A stretch of 64,000 nt of DNA from Candidatus Alloscybalousia intestinigallinarum (GCA_018716115.1 DVKF01000005.1:397-64396); one strand, 5' to 3'. Numbered from the stretch's first letter, positions 29,341-39,146 are shown. Notes: generated by a model from the letters alone, not told the origin. Made by a program: numbers and translations.

Positions 29341-30360
29341 CTATTTTACCTTTTCTTTTTTGTCCTTATTTTTAGACACTTTTCTACCTTTATTTTTGGC
29401 AGTTATACTATGGTAATAAGCCACAATATAGTCTTCGAGAGAATTCATTGTAAGAACCAAGAATTCATAATTGCTCATATAGTGTAACACTTCAGAAAAT
29501 CGACCTACTGAATAATATCCAGATACTAAATCTTCATCACTCTCTAAATCATCGTAGCTATCCTTAAAGAAAGTAATAAAATAAGGATTATTCTCGAAAA
29601 TTTTGTCTAAATACTGATGAGCCTTTTCATCATTACCTAATTTGTAATATAAAGCAAATAATGGAAATAACATTTCTAAATTATTTTCAGGATATTTCTT
29701 ATACAATTTTAATGCCTCTTTTTCATTTTCTAATAATGCATAAGTAGCCATTAGTAAATAACGAGCGCCTGTATTATCACTGTTATTCAATTTTAAGATT
29801 TCCTTACAAGATTCAACTCCTTGCGTATATTTACCATAATCAAGCAGATTAGTCGTCTTTAAATATAATCCACGTATATAAGGACGAGTTTCAAAAATAC
29901 CATAAAACATTCCAATGTTGTCTTTATCAAAAAAGCCCTCTTTTTGTAATCTTTCCTTTTCTTTAGCTAATCCTTCAGCTAATAATTCATCTCTTTTTAA
30001 TGGATTTTCTTCTAAACTAACTTGAAACAACAAAGCATCAAAGCAAGCCGGACAAAATTCATAAGCTTCTTTAGCTAGTTTTACCGCTTTCTTTTCTGAA
30101 GTAGTATTCTGTGCTTTTTCTAAAAGTGCATAGGCCTTATCTAAATCAGTTTCTTCATATTCTAATTCACCAGCATTATATTTTTGAATAAATTCCTGCA
30201 ATTTTTCGTTAAGTTCCTTTTCATTTTTTGCATCAGAATTTTTCAAAAAGTCATTTAACATATTATTTAATTGATTATTCATACTATCTACCTCCTCATA
30301 ACAACAAATAATATTAAATCTTCCTGATTTTATTTTCGATGATATTAATAATTGGGTCAA
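29341..30360 (-). CDS. TPR-repeat protein.
   Basis: Repeated helical 34-aa-like units carry A/Y/L signature positions (AYALLEKA, AKEAYEF, ATYALLENEKEALKLY). Confidence 0.55.
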   Translation of the reverse strand: MTQLLISSKIKSGRFNIICCYEEVDSMNNQLNNMLNDFLKNSDAKNEKELNEKLQEFIQKYNAGELEYEETDLDKAYALLEKAQNTTSEKKAVKLAKEAYEFCPACFDALLFQVSLEENPLKRDELLAEGLAKEKERLQKEGFFDKDNIGMFYGIFETRPYIRGLYLKTTNLLDYGKYTQGVESCKEILKLNNSDNTGARYLLMATYALLENEKEALKLYKKYPENNLEMLFPLFALYYKLGNDEKAHQYLDKIFENNPYFITFFKDSYDDLESDEDLVSGYYSVGRFSEVLHYMSNYEFLVLTMNSLEDYIVAYYHSITAKNKGRKVSKNKDKKEKVK

Positions 30361-30440
30361 GAAAAATTAATGGATAATTCTTTAGCAATACTGCATCTCA
30401 TCCGACTTCATTTCTTTAGTTGGACATAGTATAACACAAT

Positions 30441-30478
30441 AAAAATAAAAAAGCCAAATATTTTCAAAAACATTGGCT
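30441..30478 (-). terminator. Rho-independent terminator at the distal end of the island operon, with stem AGCCAA/TTGGCT followed by a U-tract.
   Basis: The inverted repeat and T-run sit about 230 nt downstream of the last island gene. Confidence 0.45.
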
Positions 30479-30708
30479 ATTCAACTCTAATGATAGTGGG
30501 CGATGAGCATTATCCTTTAAAAATATAAGATAAAAATCGATTCCTTGTGTTGTATGTTAGCTCTGGTTGAAGGAGATTGCAAGTATAAATTCATTTTTAT
30601 GTAGCCATTAAATTATATCATCATATTTATATTAACAAAAAAGAATACACTCCGTAGTTAAGACGCGGTATACGCCCTTATTAAAAATATATTTTGTTTT
30701 TACAAATA

Positions 30709-31464
30709 TTATAACTCTTGAATATATTTTTCCATTTTATCATATACAAATTTATAAATATCTTCCTCAGATACTACATCAATTAATCTTACGCTTGCGT
30801 ATAAAGATATATCTTTAGCTATTTCTTTGTAAATACTATTTTTCACCTTATTTCCATATTTGTCATATATATCTTTTTCCGCTTTTATTATACCTAATAC
30901 AATATGCTTTTCACTAGAACTTGAACGCCAAGTAAGATTTCTAAATCTTTCTGGATTTTCAATAACAAATCTTGTCAATTCATATTTGTCATCTAATCTT
31001 TCATCTACTGTAAGTGCAACTCTAAAATAACATCTTGATAATACTCCAAAAAATATACTTCTTCTATCGCTTTGACCAAATACCCAGTGGTTTAAAAATG
31101 TAGAATCTGACTTTACAGGCATAGCTTGAATTGCTGCTTTGTATCCTTTCTCAAAATTAACCCAAGCCCAAAATCTCTCATCAGTAAGTATATATAAAGG
31201 TAATTCTTTTAATGATTCATATAAAATTATAGAATTATCAAAATCAACTTCGTCATAATTACCATTTAAACTAACTTTTAATTCAAAATCATTTATTTTT
31301 TGTTTCATTGGTTCATATAGTTTTCCATTATATATCTTCTTTATCCATTCAGAATTGTTTTTTTCTGTTTTTAGATAATTATTAGCAGTTAAGCTATTAG
31401 ATTTCAATGTTGCTAGCGCTTCATCTGTCATAAATTCAATATTAATTTTATTATTCATCATCAT
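30709..31464 (-). CDS. Hypothetical protein, last gene of the island operon.
   Basis: The protein is 251 aa. Its start overlaps the upstream gene by 14 nt. The sequence is very AT-rich. Confidence 0.55.
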   Translation of the reverse strand: MMMNNKINIEFMTDEALATLKSNSLTANNYLKTEKNNSEWIKKIYNGKLYEPMKQKINDFELKVSLNGNYDEVDFDNSIILYESLKELPLYILTDERFWAWVNFEKGYKAAIQAMPVKSDSTFLNHWVFGQSDRRSIFFGVLSRCYFRVALTVDERLDDKYELTRFVIENPERFRNLTWRSSSSEKHIVLGIIKAEKDIYDKYGNKVKNSIYKEIAKDISLYASVRLIDVVSEEDIYKFVYDKMEKYIQEL

Positions 31465-32365
31465 TATCTCCTCTTACCAATTTACTAAATTCCTGTTTAA
31501 ACAAATCACTTATAGCTGTTACACTAGCATAATTCATTAATTGCTGAGATAATTCTACTACATTTAACTTTTTAAATTTATTTTCATCTAAATCTTCGTT
31601 AAATTGATTTTTATAAGCATATTCAATTGAGCCAAACCAACTATAATCGATATGTATATTATCCAAAGTAACTTCACCATATAACATTTGATCTTGAATA
31701 CTTTGTAAACAAGAAATTAATGCTGGTATTGTTAAAATTGAAAAAAATATTTCTTGATAATTATCATTATTTTTCATATTTTCATAACATCCAAATTGTT
31801 CCTCTGGCAAATGAATGACTATTTTTTTGCTAGTAGGTTCAATTTTCATCACATTATTACTAATGAATTCATCCTTTATTATAGAAAATATTGATGAAAC
31901 CTTTTTATCTTTACTTTCATCATATTCAATTTTTGTTGTAAAACCGTCATCTATTGCTAGAATATCATATTTTTCAATATTAAAAGTATAGCCTTGATAA
32001 TCTTCTAAAAAATCATCACTTATGTAAGAAAAATCTTCTGTAGCATAAACAAAACATGAAATAACTACCTGATCTCTTAAATTCATTACTGGTACAATTA
32101 TGTCTTTTGGATTTCTTGAAATTTTAAAACTTTTCCTGAAAATTGTTGAAGAACATTCAACTATTACAGTAGCATCAATTTTTCCTTGTTCAAATAATTC
32201 AATCAGTGTTTGATTATCTAATTCTATATGAGCATTTTTTAATACTAAGTTATTATCATCTTCTACATCATCATATATTAATGCAAAATTTGAATTTTGA
32301 AAGCAACTAGCATTTTTTGAATTATTAATTGTAGGATATGGAAATAATTTTTTACCTATTCGCAT
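31451..32365 (-). CDS. Hypothetical protein in the island operon.
   Basis: The protein is 304 aa. It overlaps the genes on both sides. Confidence 0.55.
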   Translation of the reverse strand: MRIGKKLFPYPTINNSKNASCFQNSNFALIYDDVEDDNNLVLKNAHIELDNQTLIELFEQGKIDATVIVECSSTIFRKSFKISRNPKDIIVPVMNLRDQVVISCFVYATEDFSYISDDFLEDYQGYTFNIEKYDILAIDDGFTTKIEYDESKDKKVSSIFSIIKDEFISNNVMKIEPTSKKIVIHLPEEQFGCYENMKNNDNYQEIFFSILTIPALISCLQSIQDQMLYGEVTLDNIHIDYSWFGSIEYAYKNQFNEDLDENKFKKLNVVELSQQLMNYASVTAISDLFKQEFSKLVRGDNDDE

Positions 32366-34253
32366 ACATTTTCACCTCAAAAGTATACAATTCTCTTAAA
32401 TCAGTATCAAGTTCTATTCTATACTTCTTACCTTCCTCTATTTTTATATTTTTTAATTTACTGTCCACAATATCTAACGGTATACCATTTACTCTACAAC
32501 CACTTATATTAATGTTATATCTAGTATTAGAATCATCCAAATATTTTAACTCTAATTCGCAATTATTTTCAGTATATAAAGATTCAAAAGAAATTATCAA
32601 TTTTCCAGATTTTTTATCAGGAACAAACAATCTGTATTGCATACCACTCAATTGTGCAAGTGTCATTATTTCTTTATCAGAATCTTCATTTGTATACCCA
32701 GTTTCATTATTAGAATCATGTGTATCACCACCTGATGAATTATTACTACCATTTGGAATTGGTGAGCCTTCACCATCTTCTTTATGATCACCTAATCCCG
32801 GTAAAAGAGAATTGCCTTCATCATCTGGTTTAATTCCAATTTTATCTTTAACCTTATTTTTTACTTTTTTAACAATTTTGGGTTTTTCTATTATGACATC
32901 TGCTTCTCCAGTTCCAATATTACTATCATCTATACCTGGTAAGTATTCACTAGCACCTTCTACATCAGTTTCTTTTATTCTACTTGTTGATAGTTTATCA
33001 TATACATAATTAATAATTGAATCATTTAAAGTCTTTAATATATGACGTAACTCACTTTTCAAATCATCATCATCAATTCTATTAATTTCCCAATTTGTAT
33101 GTTGTGGATTTTCAATATCTCTTAATAATGAATTTAAAGTGTTATCACCTATAATACACATTGCTGAACATGGAACGTTTGATATTCTTGGTAAAGTTTT
33201 TATTTTCATATATGGATATCTTATCATTACACATTCATTAGTTGCCAAATCAGATTCATCCTTACTAAAGCCCTTTAGCAAAATATCCACTTTACCATAA
33301 TCTTCTATCTCTAAAGTATTTTTAAATACGTCGGAATCAGTTAATAATATATATTGTGATTTAATATTATTGTAACTTCTTTTTAAGATATAATCATCAT
33401 TTTCAATTAATTCACCTAAATTATTCTTATTAATTGTTAAATCATCAACTACAATCTCAAGATCTTCATAATATATAGCACACATAAAACTATCTAATAT
33501 TTTTGTTATGAGTTCTTTTTTCCAATTATTATTTTTTCTAAACCCTAATATATAAATGTCCGTACCTGTTGTTTCCCTTTTATAAGACTTATCTAAATTA
33601 AAATCTTCAAGTATAGGCATATTTTTATTATCAAGTCCAAAATAACCGGTTCCCTGTGTTTTTTCATCAGTACCTTCCATTCTTGTCGAACACAATTTGC
33701 ATATACCTATATATCCTTTTTCACCATCCATATTTAATGTTGAATAAAAAACTGTATTAAATGAACTAGCAACAAAAGAAGCAAACTTACCTATACCTTT
33801 TGATCCACCTTTCGAACCATTCTTATCACTTATTCCAGTACCTCGTGTTAGAAGGTAGAATGGACTATCTTCTAAATCATTTATGCCTTTTAATCCAACA
33901 GTATTAAAGTCACTTACTCTAATACAATGTATAATACTATTATTTAAATTGTTCTTCATATTAGAAAGTGTTTGATATAACTTTGAATTGTTTTTTCTAT
34001 AATCAAGACATGAATTAATTTCCTTTTCTATCCTATCTACACCTGGAATTTCATTCCTCAGTATATCAAAAGTTTTAAATTCAATTCTTGCAGTTTCTCC
34101 AGCTATTCTTGCATCAATTGAATTTTGACATGACTCTCTAGCAAGTGATGCTATTGGATCTTGGGCAAACGTTTCCATATCCGGTGTATCTATTCCTTGC
34201 TCTTGAAGATAATTATTTCCTGGGAATCTCCACATTTTTTCTTTATCAAACAT
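32352..34253 (-). CDS. GHKL-superfamily ATPase (HATPase_c_3, MORC or MutL-like) with a ~350-aa C-terminal extension.
   Basis: The N-box is LARESCQNSIDA. The G1 box is TRGTGISDKNG. The G2 box is GSKGIGKFASF. Confidence 0.7.
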   Translation of the reverse strand: MFDKEKMWRFPGNNYLQEQGIDTPDMETFAQDPIASLARESCQNSIDARIAGETARIEFKTFDILRNEIPGVDRIEKEINSCLDYRKNNSKLYQTLSNMKNNLNNSIIHCIRVSDFNTVGLKGINDLEDSPFYLLTRGTGISDKNGSKGGSKGIGKFASFVASSFNTVFYSTLNMDGEKGYIGICKLCSTRMEGTDEKTQGTGYFGLDNKNMPILEDFNLDKSYKRETTGTDIYILGFRKNNNWKKELITKILDSFMCAIYYEDLEIVVDDLTINKNNLGELIENDDYILKRSYNNIKSQYILLTDSDVFKNTLEIEDYGKVDILLKGFSKDESDLATNECVMIRYPYMKIKTLPRISNVPCSAMCIIGDNTLNSLLRDIENPQHTNWEINRIDDDDLKSELRHILKTLNDSIINYVYDKLSTSRIKETDVEGASEYLPGIDDSNIGTGEADVIIEKPKIVKKVKNKVKDKIGIKPDDEGNSLLPGLGDHKEDGEGSPIPNGSNNSSGGDTHDSNNETGYTNEDSDKEIMTLAQLSGMQYRLFVPDKKSGKLIISFESLYTENNCELELKYLDDSNTRYNINISGCRVNGIPLDIVDSKLKNIKIEEGKKYRIELDTDLRELYTFEVKMYANR

Positions 34254-36753
34254 GATTTAACCTCCTTACTTCAAAATCAGTATTTGAATATTTATTTCCT
34301 GTATTAATTATTTCATAATCATCAGAATAAAACGTTCTCAATATTCCTATTAATAAATATTTGTTCCAGCCATATTTAATTTTAGGTAGTAGAGAATATC
34401 CCTTAAAATTTTCTGTATTTATAACTCCAAAATTATTTAAAATTAAATCAACAGATTTTTTAATATTTTCTAATTCACCTGAACAAATATTCAACTTATC
34501 TTTTTTTAACATTGTACTAATATCAATTTGAACATAATCATCACTCATATCTTCCATAAATTGCAAATAATTATATATACCGGTAATATTCATTTTTCTT
34601 TGATAATCTTGAATTGTTTTTATATTAAACTTTTCATATTTTTCAATGTAACTTCTAATAACAGTATAATTAGTATTAATAGATGTATCCTCATTACTTA
34701 TAAAAGGTCTATGATAATAATATTCTGGATACATTACCTTCATCATAGAAAACAATTGAAAATGTCCATTTTTAAGATTCAATTTTTTATATAATTCCTT
34801 ATTTGTTAATAATAATCTAGCATATATTTTTTTTGATGATAACAAATGAGAATTTAATAAACTAAATTGATTATCTATAAATTCTTTTAACTCTACTTTT
34901 GTTTTAGCATCTATATTTAATTTAAATAAATACACAAATTCATATGAAGAAATAAAAACTAAGCCATTATCTATTTCATTATATAAAATACTGTAAAGTG
35001 TATAATCCTTTACTCCTGGAAATTTTAATTTTAAACCATTTAATGTAAATTCATAATCAAATGATTTCATTAAATTTACTAGTTCATTAACAGGTGAAAT
35101 ATCTTTACTTCCATTAACAATATAATCTCTTTTAGAAATCATATCATCTGTTAATCTTTTATCAATACACCCTTTTAAATAATAGTGATTGTCAATGCCA
35201 AGTTTTAATAATTCTCTATTAAACTTTTCGTATATACTTCTATAATACACAAAATTATTTTCAGATATATAGTTTAAAATCTTATCCACTAATTCTTCTG
35301 GTAATTCAACGCAATATTTTTCTGACAAATATGTACCTCTATTTATTTGAATAAAATTACCCCTACCAATCATCGCTTCTATCGAATGTCTTGATGGTAT
35401 TTCCTCATCAATTCTATATTTATCTTTTGCTATTTCAACTAATTTATTGTAATCTTCATCTTCACCAACTCTATAACCATTTTGAAAATTTTTTTCCACA
35501 ATATCTAAATATAAATCCCTAGTGTTATAACCTTTCTTTATATATAAATTATTACTAATTTTCTTATAGTGATTTTCTAAAATTGATAGCATAAAGTCAT
35601 CAGCATCTGCTGTTTCATAATAATCAGCAACAATACCGATATCTTTTATAATATCATTAATCATTTCATCTATATTGTTAATTGTACTGTCATAAATAAC
35701 ATTATATTTTGAACAATACATTATTGGTAAATTGCCATATTCGTATAATAAAAGAATCTTGTTAGCTATATCAGAATCATATTTTTTAATTATTTGTGAC
35801 TTTGTAATATATTTGGTTTGGTTATTAGTCTCATTATGGAATATTGCTTTTAAAATATGCTCAATTTTAATTGCATTTTTTCTTATTTTTTGTAATGTTT
35901 TTGCTTCAATTTGTCTTATTCTTTCTCTCGTTAAACCATATCCTGATCCAATTTCCTCTAAAGCAAGTTTGTTATTAGAAATATATCCATTTCTCTTTAC
36001 AAGAATATCAAGTGATTTTGAATTTATTTTTACAAATGCATTATTGATAACCTCTTTAGTTGATTTTGTACATTCATTTATAACGTTTATTAAATTTGGA
36101 ATTTGTAAAGAAAATATTAGTAATATAAAATATTCCGAGCAATTCATTAAATCGTCTAAAGTAATTATTTGGTTTTGAAAAAGAATATTAGCTGTTGTAT
36201 CATTAAATTTAAAAATATCATTTAATGCCATCTTGTTATAGACATTATTGATTCTCGGTATATTCTTTTTCAAAAAATTATAATAATTATCAAATTCACA
36301 TAATAGATTGTATAAAACAGATTGTGCAAAATCAATTTTAATATTTTTTTCTTTTATATTTAAATTTAAATAGTCTTTCAGTTTATTTATAAATAAAATA
36401 TATGATATACATTCTTCTTTATTAACAGAGCTTACATTCTCTGATTCTGCTATTTCAATTAATGATAGAGAAATTATTATATTTTCTTTCTTATTTTTTG
36501 ATAAATTGAATTTACTTTTATACTTTTCACCTAAATAATCATCTATATATTTTTTTAACTGGGAAAACTTAATTGTATCTGACCCATATATATTAACTAT
36601 ATAATTAAAAATTCCTTGATAAGACGTGGGACCATTGTTATATAAAAATTTGGATATTATAAAATCAAAGTATTGTTTTGTATATTTATATAATTCACAT
36701 TCATTTATAATTAATCTGTTTTGATGGAACATTTGATTAAATTCATTTATCAT
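34246..36753 (-). CDS. Large hypothetical protein (835 aa) with an internal sigma-70 region-4-like HTH.
   Basis: The segment LALEEIGSGYGLTRERIRQIEAKTLQKIRKN matches the sigma region-4 signature. No other motifs were recognised. Confidence 0.6.
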   Translation of the reverse strand: MINEFNQMFHQNRLIINECELYKYTKQYFDFIISKFLYNNGPTSYQGIFNYIVNIYGSDTIKFSQLKKYIDDYLGEKYKSKFNLSKNKKENIIISLSLIEIAESENVSSVNKEECISYILFINKLKDYLNLNIKEKNIKIDFAQSVLYNLLCEFDNYYNFLKKNIPRINNVYNKMALNDIFKFNDTTANILFQNQIITLDDLMNCSEYFILLIFSLQIPNLINVINECTKSTKEVINNAFVKINSKSLDILVKRNGYISNNKLALEEIGSGYGLTRERIRQIEAKTLQKIRKNAIKIEHILKAIFHNETNNQTKYITKSQIIKKYDSDIANKILLLYEYGNLPIMYCSKYNVIYDSTINNIDEMINDIIKDIGIVADYYETADADDFMLSILENHYKKISNNLYIKKGYNTRDLYLDIVEKNFQNGYRVGEDEDYNKLVEIAKDKYRIDEEIPSRHSIEAMIGRGNFIQINRGTYLSEKYCVELPEELVDKILNYISENNFVYYRSIYEKFNRELLKLGIDNHYYLKGCIDKRLTDDMISKRDYIVNGSKDISPVNELVNLMKSFDYEFTLNGLKLKFPGVKDYTLYSILYNEIDNGLVFISSYEFVYLFKLNIDAKTKVELKEFIDNQFSLLNSHLLSSKKIYARLLLTNKELYKKLNLKNGHFQLFSMMKVMYPEYYYHRPFISNEDTSINTNYTVIRSYIEKYEKFNIKTIQDYQRKMNITGIYNYLQFMEDMSDDYVQIDISTMLKKDKLNICSGELENIKKSVDLILNNFGVINTENFKGYSLLPKIKYGWNKYLLIGILRTFYSDDYEIINTGNKYSNTDFEVRRLNHV

Positions 36754-36974
36754 AATTCCACCCTCTTTTGTCCTTTTTTCTTATCCTTATCAAATAATTC
36801 TTTTTGTTTATCTAATTCATTTTGAATCAGATTAAATATTTCATCTATTTGATCATCAGTATATTCATAAAATGAAGTATTAGATAAATTATGTAATTTT
36901 GAAATTAAATCTACTATTTTATTTACTCTATTGTTAGCAATTCTTTTAAAATTTTCTTGCTTGATATTATTCAT
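36750..36974 (-). CDS. Small protein (~74 aa) and first gene of the five-gene core. I chose the start at MNNIKQ because it has a GGAGGT RBS.
   Basis: The ORF-track frame was trimmed to the ATG with a good RBS. A TTGACA -35-like hexamer lies upstream. Confidence 0.45.
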   Translation of the reverse strand: MNNIKQENFKRIANNRVNKIVDLISKLHNLSNTSFYEYTDDQIDEIFNLIQNELDKQKELFDKDKKKGQKRVEL

Positions 36975-37073
36975 ATAATACCTCCAAATCAATCTTAGGG
37001 TATCACAAAAATATAATATTGTCAAAATATTTTTAAAATATTATTAAAATGTTATACAAAAAAAAGAGTATTT

Positions 37074-37964
37074 CTACTCCTCATTGTTTGAGTTTAACTC
37101 AATTTTATAATTTGTAAAAGCTATCTCAGTCGACGAAAATAGTTTTATAGGATTGATTGTACGCAAGATTTCCTTCATGTTATTTTTTATAAATTTGCCA
37201 TATATTTCATCTGCTTGTTTTGAATCTGACATCGATATCATTATGTATTTTCCTTTTAATTCAGTAATTGTTCTTACAAATAATTTGTGATCAAATATAT
37301 CTTTTGTATATAGTTCTTGTTTTTGACTTACTAATGAATCATCTGGTAAATAAGGTGGATCAAAATACATGAAACTATTATCTATTTTTCCATCTTCTTT
37401 CATTTTATTTAAAAAGGTTTTATAATCTAAATTATAAAAATTTACAGGTTGAATTAATTTTGATAGTTCCATCAAATAATCAGCATTTAATACTATTTTT
37501 TCCTTTCGCCCAAAAGGGACATTAAACTTACCCGCTTTATTTTCTCTATAGACACCATTAAATCCCGTTTTCATTAAGAAATAGAACAATATTGACTTAT
37601 TATCTAAATCTTTTTCTTCATTAAATTGCATTCTTAACTCATAATAGTACTCTTCTTTTTTAGGCGTATCATAATTATTATATACTTCTACTAACTCTCC
37701 TATTTGTTTTATAATATGATGTGGATTATTTTGAAGAAGCTTATAAAAATTTATTATATGTGGATTAACATCATTAACATAAAAGTTTTTATAATTTAAT
37801 GTATTATTTTTTTTTAGTACATTTATAAGCACAACGCCAGAGCCAAGAAAGCATTCTATATAGTTTTCTCTATTAGGTTTAAAAGCATTTAACATTTCAA
37901 CTAATACTTTTTTCTTTGAACCAGCCCACCTAATAGGAGAATTTAAGACCTTACCAGCTATCAT
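37074..37964 (-). CDS. Dam-class (D12) N6-adenine DNA methyltransferase.
   Basis: The N-terminal motif is NSPIRWAGSKKK. The FxGxG motif is ECFLGSGVV. The catalytic motif is DPPY (MYFDPPYL). Confidence 0.9.
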   Translation of the reverse strand: MIAGKVLNSPIRWAGSKKKVLVEMLNAFKPNRENYIECFLGSGVVLINVLKKNNTLNYKNFYVNDVNPHIINFYKLLQNNPHHIIKQIGELVEVYNNYDTPKKEEYYYELRMQFNEEKDLDNKSILFYFLMKTGFNGVYRENKAGKFNVPFGRKEKIVLNADYLMELSKLIQPVNFYNLDYKTFLNKMKEDGKIDNSFMYFDPPYLPDDSLVSQKQELYTKDIFDHKLFVRTITELKGKYIMISMSDSKQADEIYGKFIKNNMKEILRTINPIKLFSSTEIAFTNYKIELNSNNEE

Positions 37965-38027
37965 TTTGACCTCCTATTATTTTATTAAATTATACCATTA
38001 TTTTCTTGTTTTTAAAATATTTTTATG

Positions 38028-38867
38028 TTAAGTAAATAATTCTTTTACAATTAAATCTTCAGAGTGCAAATTATTATTTTTACCTAATAATAAATTCTCA
38101 TAAAATTTAATTAAATAAATTTTATCTTCTTTTATATTTAAATAATTATTGAAATAATTACTTCTAACTAGCGCATTTCTAAAATATACTGATTTATCTT
38201 TAAATAATGAATTATCTACATCGTATCCTAAACTGATTAAATATTTTTCTATGAATACTGCTGTTGTTCTAGTGTTGCCTTCTCTAAAGGGATGTACTTG
38301 CCATATACTAGATGTAAAATCAGTAATATTTTTAATCACGTCTACAATATTCATATTTTTGTAGTCTTTCTCTTTTTCTAGACTAATATCGTATTCTAAG
38401 GATTCAGTTAGGGTTTTAGAGTCTCCATAAGCAACTGAATCATTATTTAATATTTTTTCATGTTTAGAAAAATCAATTTTTCTAAACTCTCCTGCAAATT
38501 CATATACATCTTGGAATAAATATTTATGAATATATTTTAGATAATCTACTGATAATCCAAAATTATCTTGATCTAATAATTCAACAATTCTCATAGATAC
38601 AAAGTCACATTCTAATTCATTATGATTAATATCTTTTTGTTGTTCTTTTGTAGTGTAATACTCCCTTAAACTTTGTTCTACTTCTTTGATTGTTAATTCA
38701 CCTAAAATGTTTTTTTCTTTTATTTGTTCCAAGTATTTAGATGGTTTTAAGTTATCTACTTGTTGTAATCCTATTGCCATATCCCATTGTAATTGTTTTA
38801 TATAACCTTTAGGTTTTTGTTCTTCTTGATATGGATTCATACTAGAATCTAAATCTTTTTCACTCAT
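38028..38867 (-). CDS. Fic/Doc family protein with a degenerate Fic motif HPFREGNTRTT.
   Basis: HPFxEGN-x-R was read at about residue 190 and follows the Fic core layout. The canonical HPFx[DE]GNGRxxR has the second Gly replaced by Thr and the final Arg by Ala. Confidence 0.7.
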   Translation of the reverse strand: MSEKDLDSSMNPYQEEQKPKGYIKQLQWDMAIGLQQVDNLKPSKYLEQIKEKNILGELTIKEVEQSLREYYTTKEQQKDINHNELECDFVSMRIVELLDQDNFGLSVDYLKYIHKYLFQDVYEFAGEFRKIDFSKHEKILNNDSVAYGDSKTLTESLEYDISLEKEKDYKNMNIVDVIKNITDFTSSIWQVHPFREGNTRTTAVFIEKYLISLGYDVDNSLFKDKSVYFRNALVRSNYFNNYLNIKEDKIYLIKFYENLLLGKNNNLHSEDLIVKELFT

Positions 38868-38990
38868 ATAACCTCACCTAACGTTTCTATATCATTGTAC
38901 CATATTATTGTTGTTTTCTAAAGAAATTTTGTGATTATACATAGTAGCTATTTTTCTATTTAATTATCAAATATCATCAATTTCTTTCTA

Positions 38991-39023
38991 ACAACAAAAA
39001 AATCGACTCATAAGAATCGATTT
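38991..39023 (-). terminator. Rho-independent terminator downstream of tRNA-His, with stem AAATCGA/TCGATTT followed by T-rich tract.
   Basis: An inverted repeat with a U-tract was read on the minus strand about 30 nt after the tRNA 3' end. Confidence 0.55.
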
Positions 39024-39055
39024 CTATCTTTAAGTCTTTCGACTTTTTTTCATTC

Positions 39056-39132
39056 TGGGGCGAATAGTGGGGATCGAACCCACGCATACCAGAGCCACAA
39101 TCTGGCGTGTTAACCACTTCACCATATTCGCC
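39056..39132 (-). tRNA. tRNA-His (anticodon GUG) with an encoded G-1 and CCA.
   Basis: The reverse complement folds as a cloverleaf. The acceptor is GCGAATA/TATTCGC with G-1:C73. The anticodon stem is CCAGA/TCTGG with loop TTGTGGC. The T-arm is GTGGG-TTCGATC-CCCAC. The gene is 77 nt. Confidence 0.85.
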
Positions 39133-39146
39133 ATAAATACATTAAC

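Noticed and set aside
32338-33009. Plus-strand ORFs 32338-32787 and 32812-33009.
   Set aside because: They are antisense to the GHKL ATPase gene and the 304-aa gene. Their F/L/S/I-rich low-complexity translations are typical of AT-rich antisense frames.
34528-36178. Plus-strand ORFs 34528-34794 and 35732-36178.
   Set aside because: They are antisense to the 835-aa island gene. Their I/F/N-rich composition is an artefact of roughly 20% GC.
30441-39132. The Mza (MutL, Z1 and AIPR) or BREX systems as an identity for the island operon.
   Set aside because: Gene sizes and order do not fit. There are no ~500-aa AIPR-sized proteins, no PglZ or PglX, and no Lon-like or SF2 helicase. Only the GHKL ATPase is shared with Mza.
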